Assembly (NCBI GenBank): GCA_036170455.1
Contig: JAVHPG010000019.1
Coordinates: 3,736-56,762 of the forward strand
Source of the DNA: Elusimicrobiales bacterium
GTDB taxonomy: Bacteria > Elusimicrobiota > Elusimicrobia > Elusimicrobiales > UBA9959
DNA length: 53,027 nt
Reading direction: 5' to 3'
The notes beneath the pieces are model-generated. The model did not search any database. It saw nothing but the letters and a program-made list of their open reading frames with translations, and was not told where the DNA came from. A program made the position numbers and the translations under genes. Shown here piece by piece: positions 44,141 to 53,027 of the stretch (its first letter is position 1; every line of letters begins with the position of its first letter).

Positions 44141-44268
44141 ATCTATAGTCTAACAGACTCCGGTTAAAATTCAATGACTAATATGTTACAAGAAACGGCG
44201 GTTCCCCTGACAAGTTGCACGGGGCGCGGTTTCTATTATATTATAAATAGAAATCCAGAGGCCTAAAA

Positions 44269-45405
44269 ATGCTAATGACCGCGGCGCTGAAACTCTTGAA
44301 AAGGGATAGACCTGCAATCCGCGGTATCGAGGCTTTTTTAGCATTGCTCGTCCTGGCCCTTCCGTCCGCCGCCCAGCAGAAAAACACCTTTCCTTCTTTC
44401 TCCGTCTCCAGCGGCACCCCGCTGCTGGCCCAGTCGCCGTCCACGGGAGCGGTAGTGGCCCAGGGCGGTAATTTCGCCGTGCCGCTGCCCGACGGCCGCA
44501 CGCTCTGGCTGCTCAATAATATCTGGGCCGGGGAGCGGAAAGCCGACGGCCAGGCGGCGGTTTGGGGGATGATCGACGGCGCGGCGGCTTTCTCTCCCAG
44601 CACTTCCCCCTACGCGCAGGCGGGAGCGCTGGCCTACGTTTCCGACGAGAACAGGTGGCCGCTGCCGCTGCTCTCCGGCGACCTCGGGGAGTACAGCCAG
44701 GTGCGCAAGTTCTGGCCGCGTTCGGGGCTTTGCGCCGGCGGCAAATGCTACGTTTTCTACTCCATAATGAACAATTACGGGCCCGAACCCTACGATTATT
44801 TCAGGGTGGGCCAGGGCGTGGCCGCGGCGGAAAATCCGGCGGGGCCGTATGTCAAGGCGCGCCTGGGAGATCGCTACTCGCTCTGGAAAGACATCGAGCC
44901 CGCATTCGGTTCCGCGGTTTGTCCCGACGAGGACGGCTGGGTCTACGTCTACGGCCGTTCGATGCAGGTCCCGGGGGAGTACGGCGCGGAGCTGGCCCGC
45001 GTGAAACCGGAAGACCTGGCCTCGCGGGCAAAATATTCTTACTACAGCCTTGAAACCGCCTCCGGTTCCTGGACGGAGGATATCTCCGAGGCCTCCATCG
45101 TGCTGGAAGGCATGCCTGACGAATTTTCGGTCTCCTATAACGCTCGCCTTAAAAGCTATTTAGCCGTTTATTATGAGGCCGAGGGCGGCCGCGTATTGGC
45201 CCGCCGGGCCGCTTACCCCTGGGGCCCGTGGAGCGCTCCGGAGGCGCTGCTCTCCTGCGGCAAGGAAGAATACTGCTACGGCGCCAAGGAGCTCCCGGGC
45301 TTCGCGTCCGGCGGCGGCGGTAAAATTTTTGTTATGCTCGAGAAGAAGAACGCGCCCTACCTGTACGAAGTGACCTTCGAAGGAGGAGAACATGGCGGAC
45401 TATAA
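44269..45405 (+). CDS. DUF4185/DUF5005-like secreted beta-propeller protein
   Basis: LPDGRTLWL, FWPRSG, DGWVYVYG, LARV, FSVSY and PWGPWS motifs; start codon uncertain. Confidence 0.65.
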   Translation: MLMTAALKLLKRDRPAIRGIEAFLALLVLALPSAAQQKNTFPSFSVSSGTPLLAQSPSTGAVVAQGGNFAVPLPDGRTLWLLNNIWAGERKADGQAAVWGMIDGAAAFSPSTSPYAQAGALAYVSDENRWPLPLLSGDLGEYSQVRKFWPRSGLCAGGKCYVFYSIMNNYGPEPYDYFRVGQGVAAAENPAGPYVKARLGDRYSLWKDIEPAFGSAVCPDEDGWVYVYGRSMQVPGEYGAELARVKPEDLASRAKYSYYSLETASGSWTEDISEASIVLEGMPDEFSVSYNARLKSYLAVYYEAEGGRVLARRAAYPWGPWSAPEALLSCGKEEYCYGAKELPGFASGGGGKIFVMLEKKNAPYLYEVTFEGGEHGGL

Positions 45406-46540
45406 CATACTGGTAATAAACCCCGGCTCCACCTCGGACGAGGTCAGCTATTTCCGCGGCGCCGGCGAAGTATTCCACAAGACCGTCCGTTACAGCCCCG
45501 AAGACCTCCGGCCTTACGAGCGCCGGAAGATCACCTCGCAGTTCGACCTTCGCCGGCGCATGGCGCTGGAGGCGCTTAAAGAGCACGGCGTAGACCTGCA
45601 GGAGGTGCAGGCCGTGATAGGCCGCGGCGGCCTGGTGCGGCCCATCGAGGGCGGGGTTTACGAGGTTGACGAAGCGATGACGGAAGACCTGAGAGATGGC
45701 GTCATGGGGGACCATCCTTCCAACCTGGGAGGGATAATCGCCAGGGATATAGCCGCCGTCAACGGCGTAAAAGCTTTCATAGCCGACCCGGTCGTAGTGG
45801 ACGAAATGCAGCCGCTCGCCCGCTATTCCGGCATGCCTGAAAATCCGCGCATCTCGATCTTCCACGCCCTGAACCAGAAGCGCGTCGGCCGCCACGCGGC
45901 GCGCCAGGTGGGCAAGCCTTACGACGAGTGCCGCCTGATAATAATGCACGGCGGCGGCGGCATCACGGTAGGGGCGCACGCCGCCGGCAAGGTAATAGAC
46001 GTGAACAACGGCCTCGACGGGGACGGCCCTTTCACCCCGCAGCGTTCGGGCGGAGTCCCTTCGGGCGGCCTGGTGAAGATGTGCTTCAGCGGGAAATATA
46101 CGCTGCCCGAGATGAAGCTGAAACTAAAGGGGCGCGGCGGCCTGGTGGCCTACACCGGTACCTCCGACTGCCTGGCCCTGGAAAAATATATACTCACCGG
46201 AGAGGTCAGGCCCGGCAGCGGCCTTGACCCGGCCAAAGTTTCGCGCGAGCAGGCCAAAGAGGCCGTGCTGGCCATGGCGTACCAGATCTCAAAGGAGATA
46301 GGGGCCATGGCGGCGGTGCTGGAGGGCAAGGTGGACGCCGTGGTCCTTACCGGCGGGCTGGCGTATAGCAAGTTGGTAGTGCCGGAGATTAAGCGCCGCG
46401 TGAGCTGGATAGCCATGGTTTTAACCTATCCCGGCGGAGATGAAATGACGGCGCTGCGCAGGTCGGCGGAAATCGCGCTGGAGTATCCTGTCAGGGTTAA
46501 AAAATATTCCGCCAGCCGCCCCCGGCTCGCGTCCGTGTGA
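45392..46540 (+). CDS. buk: Butyrate kinase
   Basis: ILVINPGSTS, GRGGLVRPIEGG, HPSNLGG, IFHALNQK, HGGGGITVGAH and LTGGLA. Confidence 0.95.
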   Translation: MADYNILVINPGSTSDEVSYFRGAGEVFHKTVRYSPEDLRPYERRKITSQFDLRRRMALEALKEHGVDLQEVQAVIGRGGLVRPIEGGVYEVDEAMTEDLRDGVMGDHPSNLGGIIARDIAAVNGVKAFIADPVVVDEMQPLARYSGMPENPRISIFHALNQKRVGRHAARQVGKPYDECRLIIMHGGGGITVGAHAAGKVIDVNNGLDGDGPFTPQRSGGVPSGGLVKMCFSGKYTLPEMKLKLKGRGGLVAYTGTSDCLALEKYILTGEVRPGSGLDPAKVSREQAKEAVLAMAYQISKEIGAMAAVLEGKVDAVVLTGGLAYSKLVVPEIKRRVSWIAMVLTYPGGDEMTALRRSAEIALEYPVRVKKYSASRPRLASV

Positions 46541-46572
46541 AAATTTACCAATTCTGCCGCTCTGGAGGAAAC

Positions 46573-47499
46573 ATGAAATTCAGGAACTTCGACGAACTGC
46601 TGGGAATGGTGAAGGGAAAGACCAACCGCATAGTCGTGCCCGGCGCGAATAACGACGAGGTGCTCACCGCATGCAAGATGGGCGTTGACCACAGGATAAT
46701 TTCCGGCGGCATTTTGATCGGACCTGCAGACCAGGTCAGGGCGATGGCCGCTAAAGTCGGGCTGAAGCTGGATATTTTCGAACAGATAGACCTGAGCGAC
46801 CACGCCGGGATGTGCAATAAGGCCGTGGACCTGGTGAAAGCGGGCAAAGGGGACTTCCTCGTGAAGGGCCTGGTGGAGACCAAGTTCTACATGAAGGCCA
46901 TCCTGCGCAAGGAAGTCGGCGCCGTCGCCGAGGGCACCGTGCTCAGCCACTTCGTGCTGTTCGAACTGTCCAACTATCACAAGCTCTTCGCCGTGACCGA
47001 CGCGGCCATCATGATAAGCCCGACGCTGGACCAGAAGGCCAAGATCACCCGCAACGCCGTGGAGATGATGCGCATGCTGGGCGTAGAGACGCCTAAAGTG
47101 TCCGTGATCTGCCCGGTGGAAAAAGTGAATCCCGGCATCCCCAGCACGCTGGACGCCGACGCGCTCGTGAAGATGAACAGGGCCGGCGACCTGAAGAACT
47201 GCGTGGTGGAAGGCCCTTACGACATCTATATCGCCTTCTCCAAAGAGCTGGCCGCCGAGAAAGGCATAAAGGGCCTCGTGCCCGGCGAGACCGACATCGC
47301 CCTGTTCCCGACGCTGGACTCAGGCAACCCCGTGTATAAGTGCCTTTCTTTCTTCGGCGCCGGCATGAAGTCCGCCACGCTGCTGGCGGGCTCCAACATG
47401 CCCGTGATCCTGCCGTCCCGGACGGACACCCCGATGACAAAGCTGCATTCCATCGCGCTGGCTTGTTTTCTGAAAGACGCGGCTAAAGTGACGGCGTAA
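46573..47499 (+). CDS. ptb: Phosphate butyryltransferase
   Basis: GGAGG SD before ATG 46573; LVKGLVET, LSH, TDAA, VEGP and PVILPSRTD; follows buk. Confidence 0.9.
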   Translation: MKFRNFDELLGMVKGKTNRIVVPGANNDEVLTACKMGVDHRIISGGILIGPADQVRAMAAKVGLKLDIFEQIDLSDHAGMCNKAVDLVKAGKGDFLVKGLVETKFYMKAILRKEVGAVAEGTVLSHFVLFELSNYHKLFAVTDAAIMISPTLDQKAKITRNAVEMMRMLGVETPKVSVICPVEKVNPGIPSTLDADALVKMNRAGDLKNCVVEGPYDIYIAFSKELAAEKGIKGLVPGETDIALFPTLDSGNPVYKCLSFFGAGMKSATLLAGSNMPVILPSRTDTPMTKLHSIALACFLKDAAKVTA

Positions 47500-47532
47500 A
47501 TCAACGAAGTGACGACTTAAGGAGAAAAAACT

Positions 47533-48021
47533 ATGGCTTGGGATTTTTTAAAGAAGATAGTCGGTAAAAAAGAAGAGGAGAAGAGCGCCCCGGTGATACC
47601 GGTGCAGAGGCACAACCACCTCCCGCCGGAGAAGTCGGCGGCCCCGGCCGCTGAAAAGACGGCCCCCGCGGCCAAAGCCCCGGCCGCGCCCGTCAAGGAG
47701 AAAGCGCCTTCCGAAAAAACAGACGCCGAGCTGGCGGCTGAACTGGATAAAATGTCGCCGCAGATCCTCGCGCAGGCCAAGGACCCCCGGATGCGCGCCC
47801 TGATCATAGGCATTTACCGCAAGATGCTTGTCGACGGCGTGAACATCAACGACGACAAAGAAGTAAAGAAGTGGATGAAGAAGCATCCCGAGGTCCTCCA
47901 GGGCGGGGAAGCGGTGAAGGTGGAAACCGTACGCCGCGAGGAGCCCAAGGTGGGCAGGAACGATCCCTGCTCCTGCGGCTCGGGCAAAAAATACAAGAAG
48001 TGCTGCGGGCAGGGGAAATAA
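47533..48021 (+). CDS. SEC-C metal-binding motif protein
   Basis: C-terminal [21 protein letters not shown]. Confidence 0.85.
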   Translation: MAWDFLKKIVGKKEEEKSAPVIPVQRHNHLPPEKSAAPAAEKTAPAAKAPAAPVKEKAPSEKTDAELAAELDKMSPQILAQAKDPRMRALIIGIYRKMLVDGVNINDDKEVKKWMKKHPEVLQGGEAVKVETVRREEPKVGRNDPCSCGSGKKYKKCCGQGK

Positions 48022-48050
48022 TCGGGAATCTAAAACCGGGAATCGGGAAT
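48020..48050 (+). repeat. Short heptamer tandem repeat (AATCGGG-like, 4 units)
   Basis: AATCGGG AATCTAA AACCGGG AATCGGG AAT. Confidence 0.55.
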
Positions 48051-48055
48051 AAAAA

Positions 48056-48089
48056 ACAGGAAACCCCGGGGCGGCCCGGGGTTTCTTGT
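48056..48089. terminator. Intrinsic terminator between convergent genes
   Basis: ACAGGAAACCCCGGG-GCGG-CCCGGGGTTTCTTGT, preceded by an A-run. Confidence 0.8.
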
Positions 48090-48103
48090 CGTCAGGGGAG
48101 AGT

Positions 48104-48928
48104 TCAGTTCCAGGAAACTGCGGGGGTTTCGGAGAGCTGGACCGGGGGGATCTCGCCGGTCAGCTCTTTCTCCTGCGGAGTAAGGTCCTTGAAATTACCG
48201 AGGCCGTCTACGTTGTAGGTCAGGGTCCCGCCGTCAGTCGAGAAAGGGGTCGAGCGGATCCAGTTGAGCGAGGCCTGCAGGGCGGCCACAGGCGCCTGCT
48301 TGGTCCCTATGTTCATAGGGTCGGACATCCTGACCGCCAGGTCGAACTTCCAGCCCCATTTCACGTTCACCGTCACCGGCTGCACGGTGAAATTGGTTAT
48401 GTAGCGGCCGTGCACTTTGTTGTCCTTCGGAGTATTGCTGCCGGTGGCCTGGGAAACGTAGTCGTCCAGCCGGACGCCCTCCCCGCTGTAATCCTCGGTG
48501 CCCCCGTAGAAGAAAGAAATCTTGTATTTAACGTCGATGACGTCTATCCCCATCAAATTGGTTACCTTGTAGCCGTAAACCATTTCTTTCGGTCCTTTCC
48601 AACCGGTGATATTGCCCCAGTTGAAAGAGAAGCCTGGGATGGCGCTGGCGTAGGCCGAGGCGTAGGCGGCGCTGGGCGCCCCGCTGGTGATCACGCTCCA
48701 GGCAGCGAGCCCGGCATTGGCCAAGCCGCCTTCGGCTCCTTTATTCCCTTTAAAGGATGAAAAGCCGGCGGGTTCGGGGGGGGCGGCGTTTTTCCCGGGT
48801 TCGACGGAGGTGAGGGTCACGGCCTCTCCGGCTACGGTGAAATAGTCTTTATTTTCCTGCGCCGAAAGAAAAGGGGAAACTGTTGAAAGTATCGCGGCAA
48901 GGGTCAAAGTTGATTTAAGGTTTTTCAT
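48104..48928 (-). CDS. Secreted beta-rich hypothetical protein
   Basis: GGAGG SD before ATG 48928; signal peptide MKNLKSTLTLAAILSTVSPFLSA; beta-strand-rich core. Confidence 0.8.
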   Translation of the reverse strand: MKNLKSTLTLAAILSTVSPFLSAQENKDYFTVAGEAVTLTSVEPGKNAAPPEPAGFSSFKGNKGAEGGLANAGLAAWSVITSGAPSAAYASAYASAIPGFSFNWGNITGWKGPKEMVYGYKVTNLMGIDVIDVKYKISFFYGGTEDYSGEGVRLDDYVSQATGSNTPKDNKVHGRYITNFTVQPVTVNVKWGWKFDLAVRMSDPMNIGTKQAPVAALQASLNWIRSTPFSTDGGTLTYNVDGLGNFKDLTPQEKELTGEIPPVQLSETPAVSWN

Positions 48929-48950
48929 CGTTCCTCCGTTAGCTGTATAG

Positions 48951-49016
48951 AGTATAGCCTGCCTATAAAATACAACAAGGGCGGTAAGGCCCAGGCCGGC
49001 CTGGGACAAAGGGCCC
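48951..49016 (-). promoter_or_regulatory. Palindromic site (GGGCC-TTAC-CGCCC on minus strand) abutting TTGTTG-N16-TATACT; second site GGGAC-AAAG-GGCCC
   Basis: Sites at 48979-48992 and 49003-49016; -10 at 48956-48951. Confidence 0.6.
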
Positions 49017-49086
49017 AGGGAAAGGGCGCCTGATTATCCCGCTTTCAGGGTACGGGGCTTTGCGGGGCCTGCACGGGGTAAAATTC

Positions 49087-49129
49087 AGGCCTCTGGGCCC
49101 TTGACAAATCAATGGCTGGCCCTTATCCT
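49087..49129 (+). promoter_or_regulatory. Palindromic site AGGCC-TCTG-GGCCC directly abutting sigma70 promoter TTGACA-N17-TATCCT
   Basis: Site at 49087-49100, -35 at 49101-49106 and -10 at 49124-49129. Confidence 0.75.
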
Positions 49130-49181
49130 ATTTGATAGATGATAGATAAACGCATCCTGTGAGCGCGGCAGTGATTTATTT

Positions 49182-51650
49182 ATGAGGAAGATACTTTCCG
49201 CTTTCTTTTGCTTAAGCTTCCTGGCGGCGGCGCCGTTTTACTGCATGGCGGCCGAAGGGACGTCCGATGCGGGCGTCTCCACGGGCGTCGAACTTCTGCC
49301 GGCGGAGCTGCCCGGCCCGGCCGAGAGCTCTGTGCAGGGGAGCTGCGATCTCGATGTTTTCCGGCTTAATGCGGCGGATAAACCCGTCGACTCGGCCGGG
49401 GCCCTGCTGCGCCTTCTCCAGCCGAAATCAAAAGAAGAAGTCGCCGCTTTCAGAACGCAGTATTCCGGCAAGATCGCGGAGATGATGTTCTCGCTCCACA
49501 AGGCGGCCCGGGACAACACCATAAGCAGGGACGAGTACCATGCCATTACCGTAGGCCTGGCCCCTTACGAGCTGCGCACCGTGGAGGCGAGGGGCCCCAA
49601 CGGCCCGGGCGGCCCCGGCGGCCACCACCCCGGCGGCCCCCCGGGCGCGCGCTCTCAGCGCAACCAGGTAGACGCCCTGGTGGACGTAAAGATGGCCTCC
49701 GATTCCGGCGACAAAAAGAAAGCGGAGCAGGCCGTAAACTCTGCCGTGCAGGATTATCCCCAGGACCATTCAGTGCAGACCGCGGCGGCTTCCTATTACA
49801 ACGAGGCGCGCAATTTCCCCATGGCCGAAAAGACCGCCACGACCGCCATAGCGCTGGACTCAAAAGACCCGGACGCCTATAAGGCGCGCGCGCTGGCCAG
49901 GGCCTCGCTCGAGGACCGCAAAGGCGCCATAGAAGATATCAGGAAGGCCATGAGCATCGACCCGCAGGACGAATCCGCGAGGGTGCTCGCCGCGCTGCTT
50001 GAAAGCCGCAAGGTCGTTCCCACTCTCAGGTCTATTTCTTCAGTGGACGAGATAAAGCGCGCTATGGGCGCTTATGACGATGCCCCCGACGCGGTAAAGG
50101 GCGGAGCCGGCGGCGGGATGGGAGTTCTTGCGGGCGAGCAGCCGGCCGCCCCCGATTTTTCCAGGTCCAAGGCCTACCTCAAGACGGCCGTCGCGAAGAA
50201 CCGGCTCGGAGACTACGAGAACGCCGCCCGCTACGCCGGCCAGGCCATAGAAAAAGACCCGGCCAATTACGAGGCTTATCTCGAGCGCGCCAACGCCTAT
50301 AATTTCCTGGGCCGCTACGACGACGCCGTGAGGGACGCGGGCTACGTGATAGAGAAAGACCCCTCTAACATGCAGGCCCTGAATATGCGCGCCTGGTCGC
50401 TTAACCGCAAGGGGCAGGCCAGGGACGCGGAAGCCGACGCCAGCCGCGCCATCGGCCTCAGCCCCGGCTACGCCGACGCCTGGTTCAACCGGGCCCTGTC
50501 CTACGAGAAGCAGGGCGACTACAAGCGCATGCTCGAGGATTTCAAGCAGGCGGCGGCGCTTAGCGGCGCCTATTCGACCCGCTACCAGGACGCGGTGGCG
50601 CAGTACGGGCCGCGCGTGCCGGGCTTTAACGGCGGCCTCGCGGCGCGCCGGGACGCCTCCGCCGGCGGCGGGGCGCAGCGCGGAGAAGGGCGCGCACCCG
50701 TCAAGCGGTTCCTGATACTCATGTTCTTCACCCTCACCGGAGGCGGGCTGGTGGCGGCCGGCCTTATGCATATAATGTCCTCCAGGCGCGACGGGGAGGC
50801 CTCCGCCGCCCGCATCACGCATCCCGACGTGCTCTCACCTTCCGTCTTCTACGAGGGCGTAGCCACCGGGAAGTACAAGATCGACCGCAAGCTCGGAGAG
50901 GGCGCGATGGGCGTGGTCTACGAGGCCACCGATCAGTCGCTCGGCCGCAAAGTGGCCATAAAGAAGATGAGCGAGGAAATAAAGATGAACGAGCGCGAGA
51001 AGCAGCGCTTCCTCGACGAGGCCCGCACCGTGGCCCTGCTGCACCATCCCGGGATCGTGGAGATCTATACCATCTTCGAAGAGGAAGAGAATATCTACCT
51101 CGTGTTCGAGCACGTGGCCGGGCAGACCCTGGACGTGGTGCTGAACAAGGAGGCCCGCCTGCCGTTCGAAAGGGCCCTGCCGATGTTCGGCGAGACCGCC
51201 GGGGCGCTGGCCTACGCCCATTCCAAGAACGTGGTGCACAGGGACCTGAAGCTTTCCAATATCATGCTTTCTTCGGAGGGAACAATAAAGGTAATGGACT
51301 TCGGACTGGCCAGGCGCGCCCAGGAGTCCCTGGCCCGCGCCTCCAAGAGCGAAGTCGTGGGCTCGCCGGCCTATATGGCCCCGGAGCAGGAGCTCGGGGT
51401 TTCCTCGGTGGAATCCGACATCTATTCCCTCGGCGTGTGCCTCTACGAGGCCCTCAGCGGGGTGCTGCCTTTCCCGGGGCCTGATTTCCATTACCAGAAA
51501 ACCCGTAAAACCTGGCAGCGGCTCTCCGATATGATGCCCGGCCTCCCCAAAGGGGTGGACGCGCTGGTGGAGCGCTGCCTGTCCCCGCTCCCCGAGGAGC
51601 GCTTCCACAGCGCCGACGACTTCCGCCGGGCCTTGAACGAAATAGTCTAA
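49182..51650 (+). CDS. Receptor-like Ser/Thr protein kinase (signal peptide - TPR repeats - TM - Hanks kinase)
   Basis: Signal peptide, TPRs and a TM segment (FLILMFFTLTGGGLVAAGLM). Kinase motifs: LGEGAMGVVY, VAIKK, HRDLKLSN, DFGLA, YMAPE and DIYSLG. Confidence 0.92.
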   Translation: MRKILSAFFCLSFLAAAPFYCMAAEGTSDAGVSTGVELLPAELPGPAESSVQGSCDLDVFRLNAADKPVDSAGALLRLLQPKSKEEVAAFRTQYSGKIAEMMFSLHKAARDNTISRDEYHAITVGLAPYELRTVEARGPNGPGGPGGHHPGGPPGARSQRNQVDALVDVKMASDSGDKKKAEQAVNSAVQDYPQDHSVQTAAASYYNEARNFPMAEKTATTAIALDSKDPDAYKARALARASLEDRKGAIEDIRKAMSIDPQDESARVLAALLESRKVVPTLRSISSVDEIKRAMGAYDDAPDAVKGGAGGGMGVLAGEQPAAPDFSRSKAYLKTAVAKNRLGDYENAARYAGQAIEKDPANYEAYLERANAYNFLGRYDDAVRDAGYVIEKDPSNMQALNMRAWSLNRKGQARDAEADASRAIGLSPGYADAWFNRALSYEKQGDYKRMLEDFKQAAALSGAYSTRYQDAVAQYGPRVPGFNGGLAARRDASAGGGAQRGEGRAPVKRFLILMFFTLTGGGLVAAGLMHIMSSRRDGEASAARITHPDVLSPSVFYEGVATGKYKIDRKLGEGAMGVVYEATDQSLGRKVAIKKMSEEIKMNEREKQRFLDEARTVALLHHPGIVEIYTIFEEEENIYLVFEHVAGQTLDVVLNKEARLPFERALPMFGETAGALAYAHSKNVVHRDLKLSNIMLSSEGTIKVMDFGLARRAQESLARASKSEVVGSPAYMAPEQELGVSSVESDIYSLGVCLYEALSGVLPFPGPDFHYQKTRKTWQRLSDMMPGLPKGVDALVERCLSPLPEERFHSADDFRRALNEIV

Positions 51651-51837
51651 AAAGACAGTCAGCCGCTGACCTTTTTGCCGGCGCCCGGCAGGATGAGAGG
51701 CGGCTCTCTCTTTTTTATCTTTATATCCCGGATTATGGAAAAGCCTTGTCGCTTATAACCCGGTTCAAGGCATTTTAGTTTTATATAATCTTTTTGGCAG
51801 CCCGAGCCGGGCGCCTTGAATTTCAGGAGGACCTACC

Positions 51838-52872
51838 ATGATAGCTCTTGTTAAAGCTAAAGCCGAGAAAGGCCTGTGGCTGCAGGACGTGCCGAAGCCG
51901 GTAATAGGGGATAACGACGTCCTTATAAAAATAAAGAAGACCGCCATCTGCGGCACCGACATCCATATTTACCAGTGGGACGACTGGGCGCAGAAGACTA
52001 TCCCGGTGCCGATGCACGTGGGCCACGAGTTCGTGGGGGAGATAGCCGCGCTTGGCAAGTTCGTGCAGGGGCACTTCGTAGGGGAGCGGGTCTCGGGCGA
52101 GGGGCACCTGGTCTGCGGGCACTGCCGCAACTGCAAGGCGGGGCACCGGCATCTCTGCATAAACACCAAGGGGGTGGGGGTGAACCGGCCCGGCTGTTTC
52201 GCCGAGTACCTGGCCATACCGGCGGAGAACGTCTTTTCCATCCCGGAGGGGGTTTCGGACGAGGAGGCTTCGATCCTGGACCCGCTGGGGAACGCGGTGC
52301 ATACGGCGCTTTCTTTCGACCTGATAGGGGAGGACGTGCTGATCACGGGCGCGGGGCCGATCGGGATCATGGCGGGCGCGATAGCGAACCACGTGGGGGC
52401 GCGGCACACGGTGATCACCGACGTGAACGAGTACCGGATGGACCTGGCCCGGAAGCTGGGGCTGAAGGTCGTGGTGGATTCGCGCAGCGAGAAATTGCCC
52501 GAAGTTATGAAGAAGCTGGGGATGACGGAGGGATTCGACGTGGGGCTGGAGATGAGCGGCAACCCGCAGGCTTTTAACGATATGATAGCTTCGGTGAAGA
52601 TGGGGGCTAAGATCGGGCTGCTGGGGATCCTGCCGCCGGATACTACGATCCCGTGGAGCAACGTCATTTTCAAGGCGCTGACGCTGAAGTGCATCTACGG
52701 GCGGGAGATGTTCGAGACCTGGTACAAGATGTGCGCGATGCTGACGAGCGGCCTGGACATCAAGCCGGTGATCACGCACCGTTTCCCGGCGAAGGATTTC
52801 AAGGAAGGGTTCGAGATCATGTCCTCGGGAAAATCCGGCAAGATCATTCTGGATTGGACCGGGATCAATTGA
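51838..52872 (+). CDS. tdh: L-threonine 3-dehydrogenase
   Basis: [54 protein letters not shown] and [13 protein letters not shown]. Confidence 0.95.
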   Translation: MIALVKAKAEKGLWLQDVPKPVIGDNDVLIKIKKTAICGTDIHIYQWDDWAQKTIPVPMHVGHEFVGEIAALGKFVQGHFVGERVSGEGHLVCGHCRNCKAGHRHLCINTKGVGVNRPGCFAEYLAIPAENVFSIPEGVSDEEASILDPLGNAVHTALSFDLIGEDVLITGAGPIGIMAGAIANHVGARHTVITDVNEYRMDLARKLGLKVVVDSRSEKLPEVMKKLGMTEGFDVGLEMSGNPQAFNDMIASVKMGAKIGLLGILPPDTTIPWSNVIFKALTLKCIYGREMFETWYKMCAMLTSGLDIKPVITHRFPAKDFKEGFEIMSSGKSGKIILDWTGIN

Positions 52873-52911
52873 GACGCGGTTTCGTTCTAACTCACGTCAT
52901 AGAAGCGTAGT

Positions 52912-52968
52912 CGGGGTGGCAGCGGTATGGGCCCGTCGGGCACGGTGTCGGCCACACCGTGGCCGCAC
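52912..52968 (+). repeat. Second copy of the GGCCACACCGTGGCC intergenic element
   Basis: GGGGTGGCAG...TCGGCCACACCGTGGCCGCAC, similar to the element upstream of fumA; may continue beyond the window end. Confidence 0.55.
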
Positions 52969-53027
52969 CTCCTCTCTCGGCCTCCGCTCTTACGTAAGCT
53001 CCGGCCTCCGAGAAGGCCCGCCGAACC

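Overview
GC-rich bacterial genomic window, most likely Elusimicrobiota. That assignment is an inference from the pilin family, a PorV/CTD pair and the style of the Ser/Thr-rich secreted proteins. There are about 44 CDS. I saw no rRNA, tRNA, CRISPR array or intact mobile element. Recognisable core genes: end of a wbqC-type glycan locus, sdhCAB plus class I fumarase, buk-ptb, tdh, an M29 aminopeptidase, a class I/II aminotransferase, an HI0933-family flavoprotein, an orphan cheY-cheC pair and an NTT-family transporter. Many genes encode secreted proteins of unknown function. Most notable: (1) a luciferase-less GNAT + LuxE + LuxC::PaaK-like fusion operon, a candidate small-molecule biosynthetic system; (2) a 14-bp palindrome RGGNC-N4-GNCCY lying 22-24 nt upstream of a -10 box at six promoters, all for secreted or membrane proteins (candidate regulon); (3) six apparently leaderless genes; (4) a 37-aa membrane-peptide ORF missing from the track, an rtcB 3' remnant and dispersed palindromic repeats; (5) unusual architectures (NHL-FN3-transglutaminase-TPR, HEAT-permuted NlpC/P60, TPR-TM-Ser/Thr receptor-like kinase, 10xFN3-CTD with a PorV-like barrel). 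All family calls are by motif recognition only; no database searches were run.
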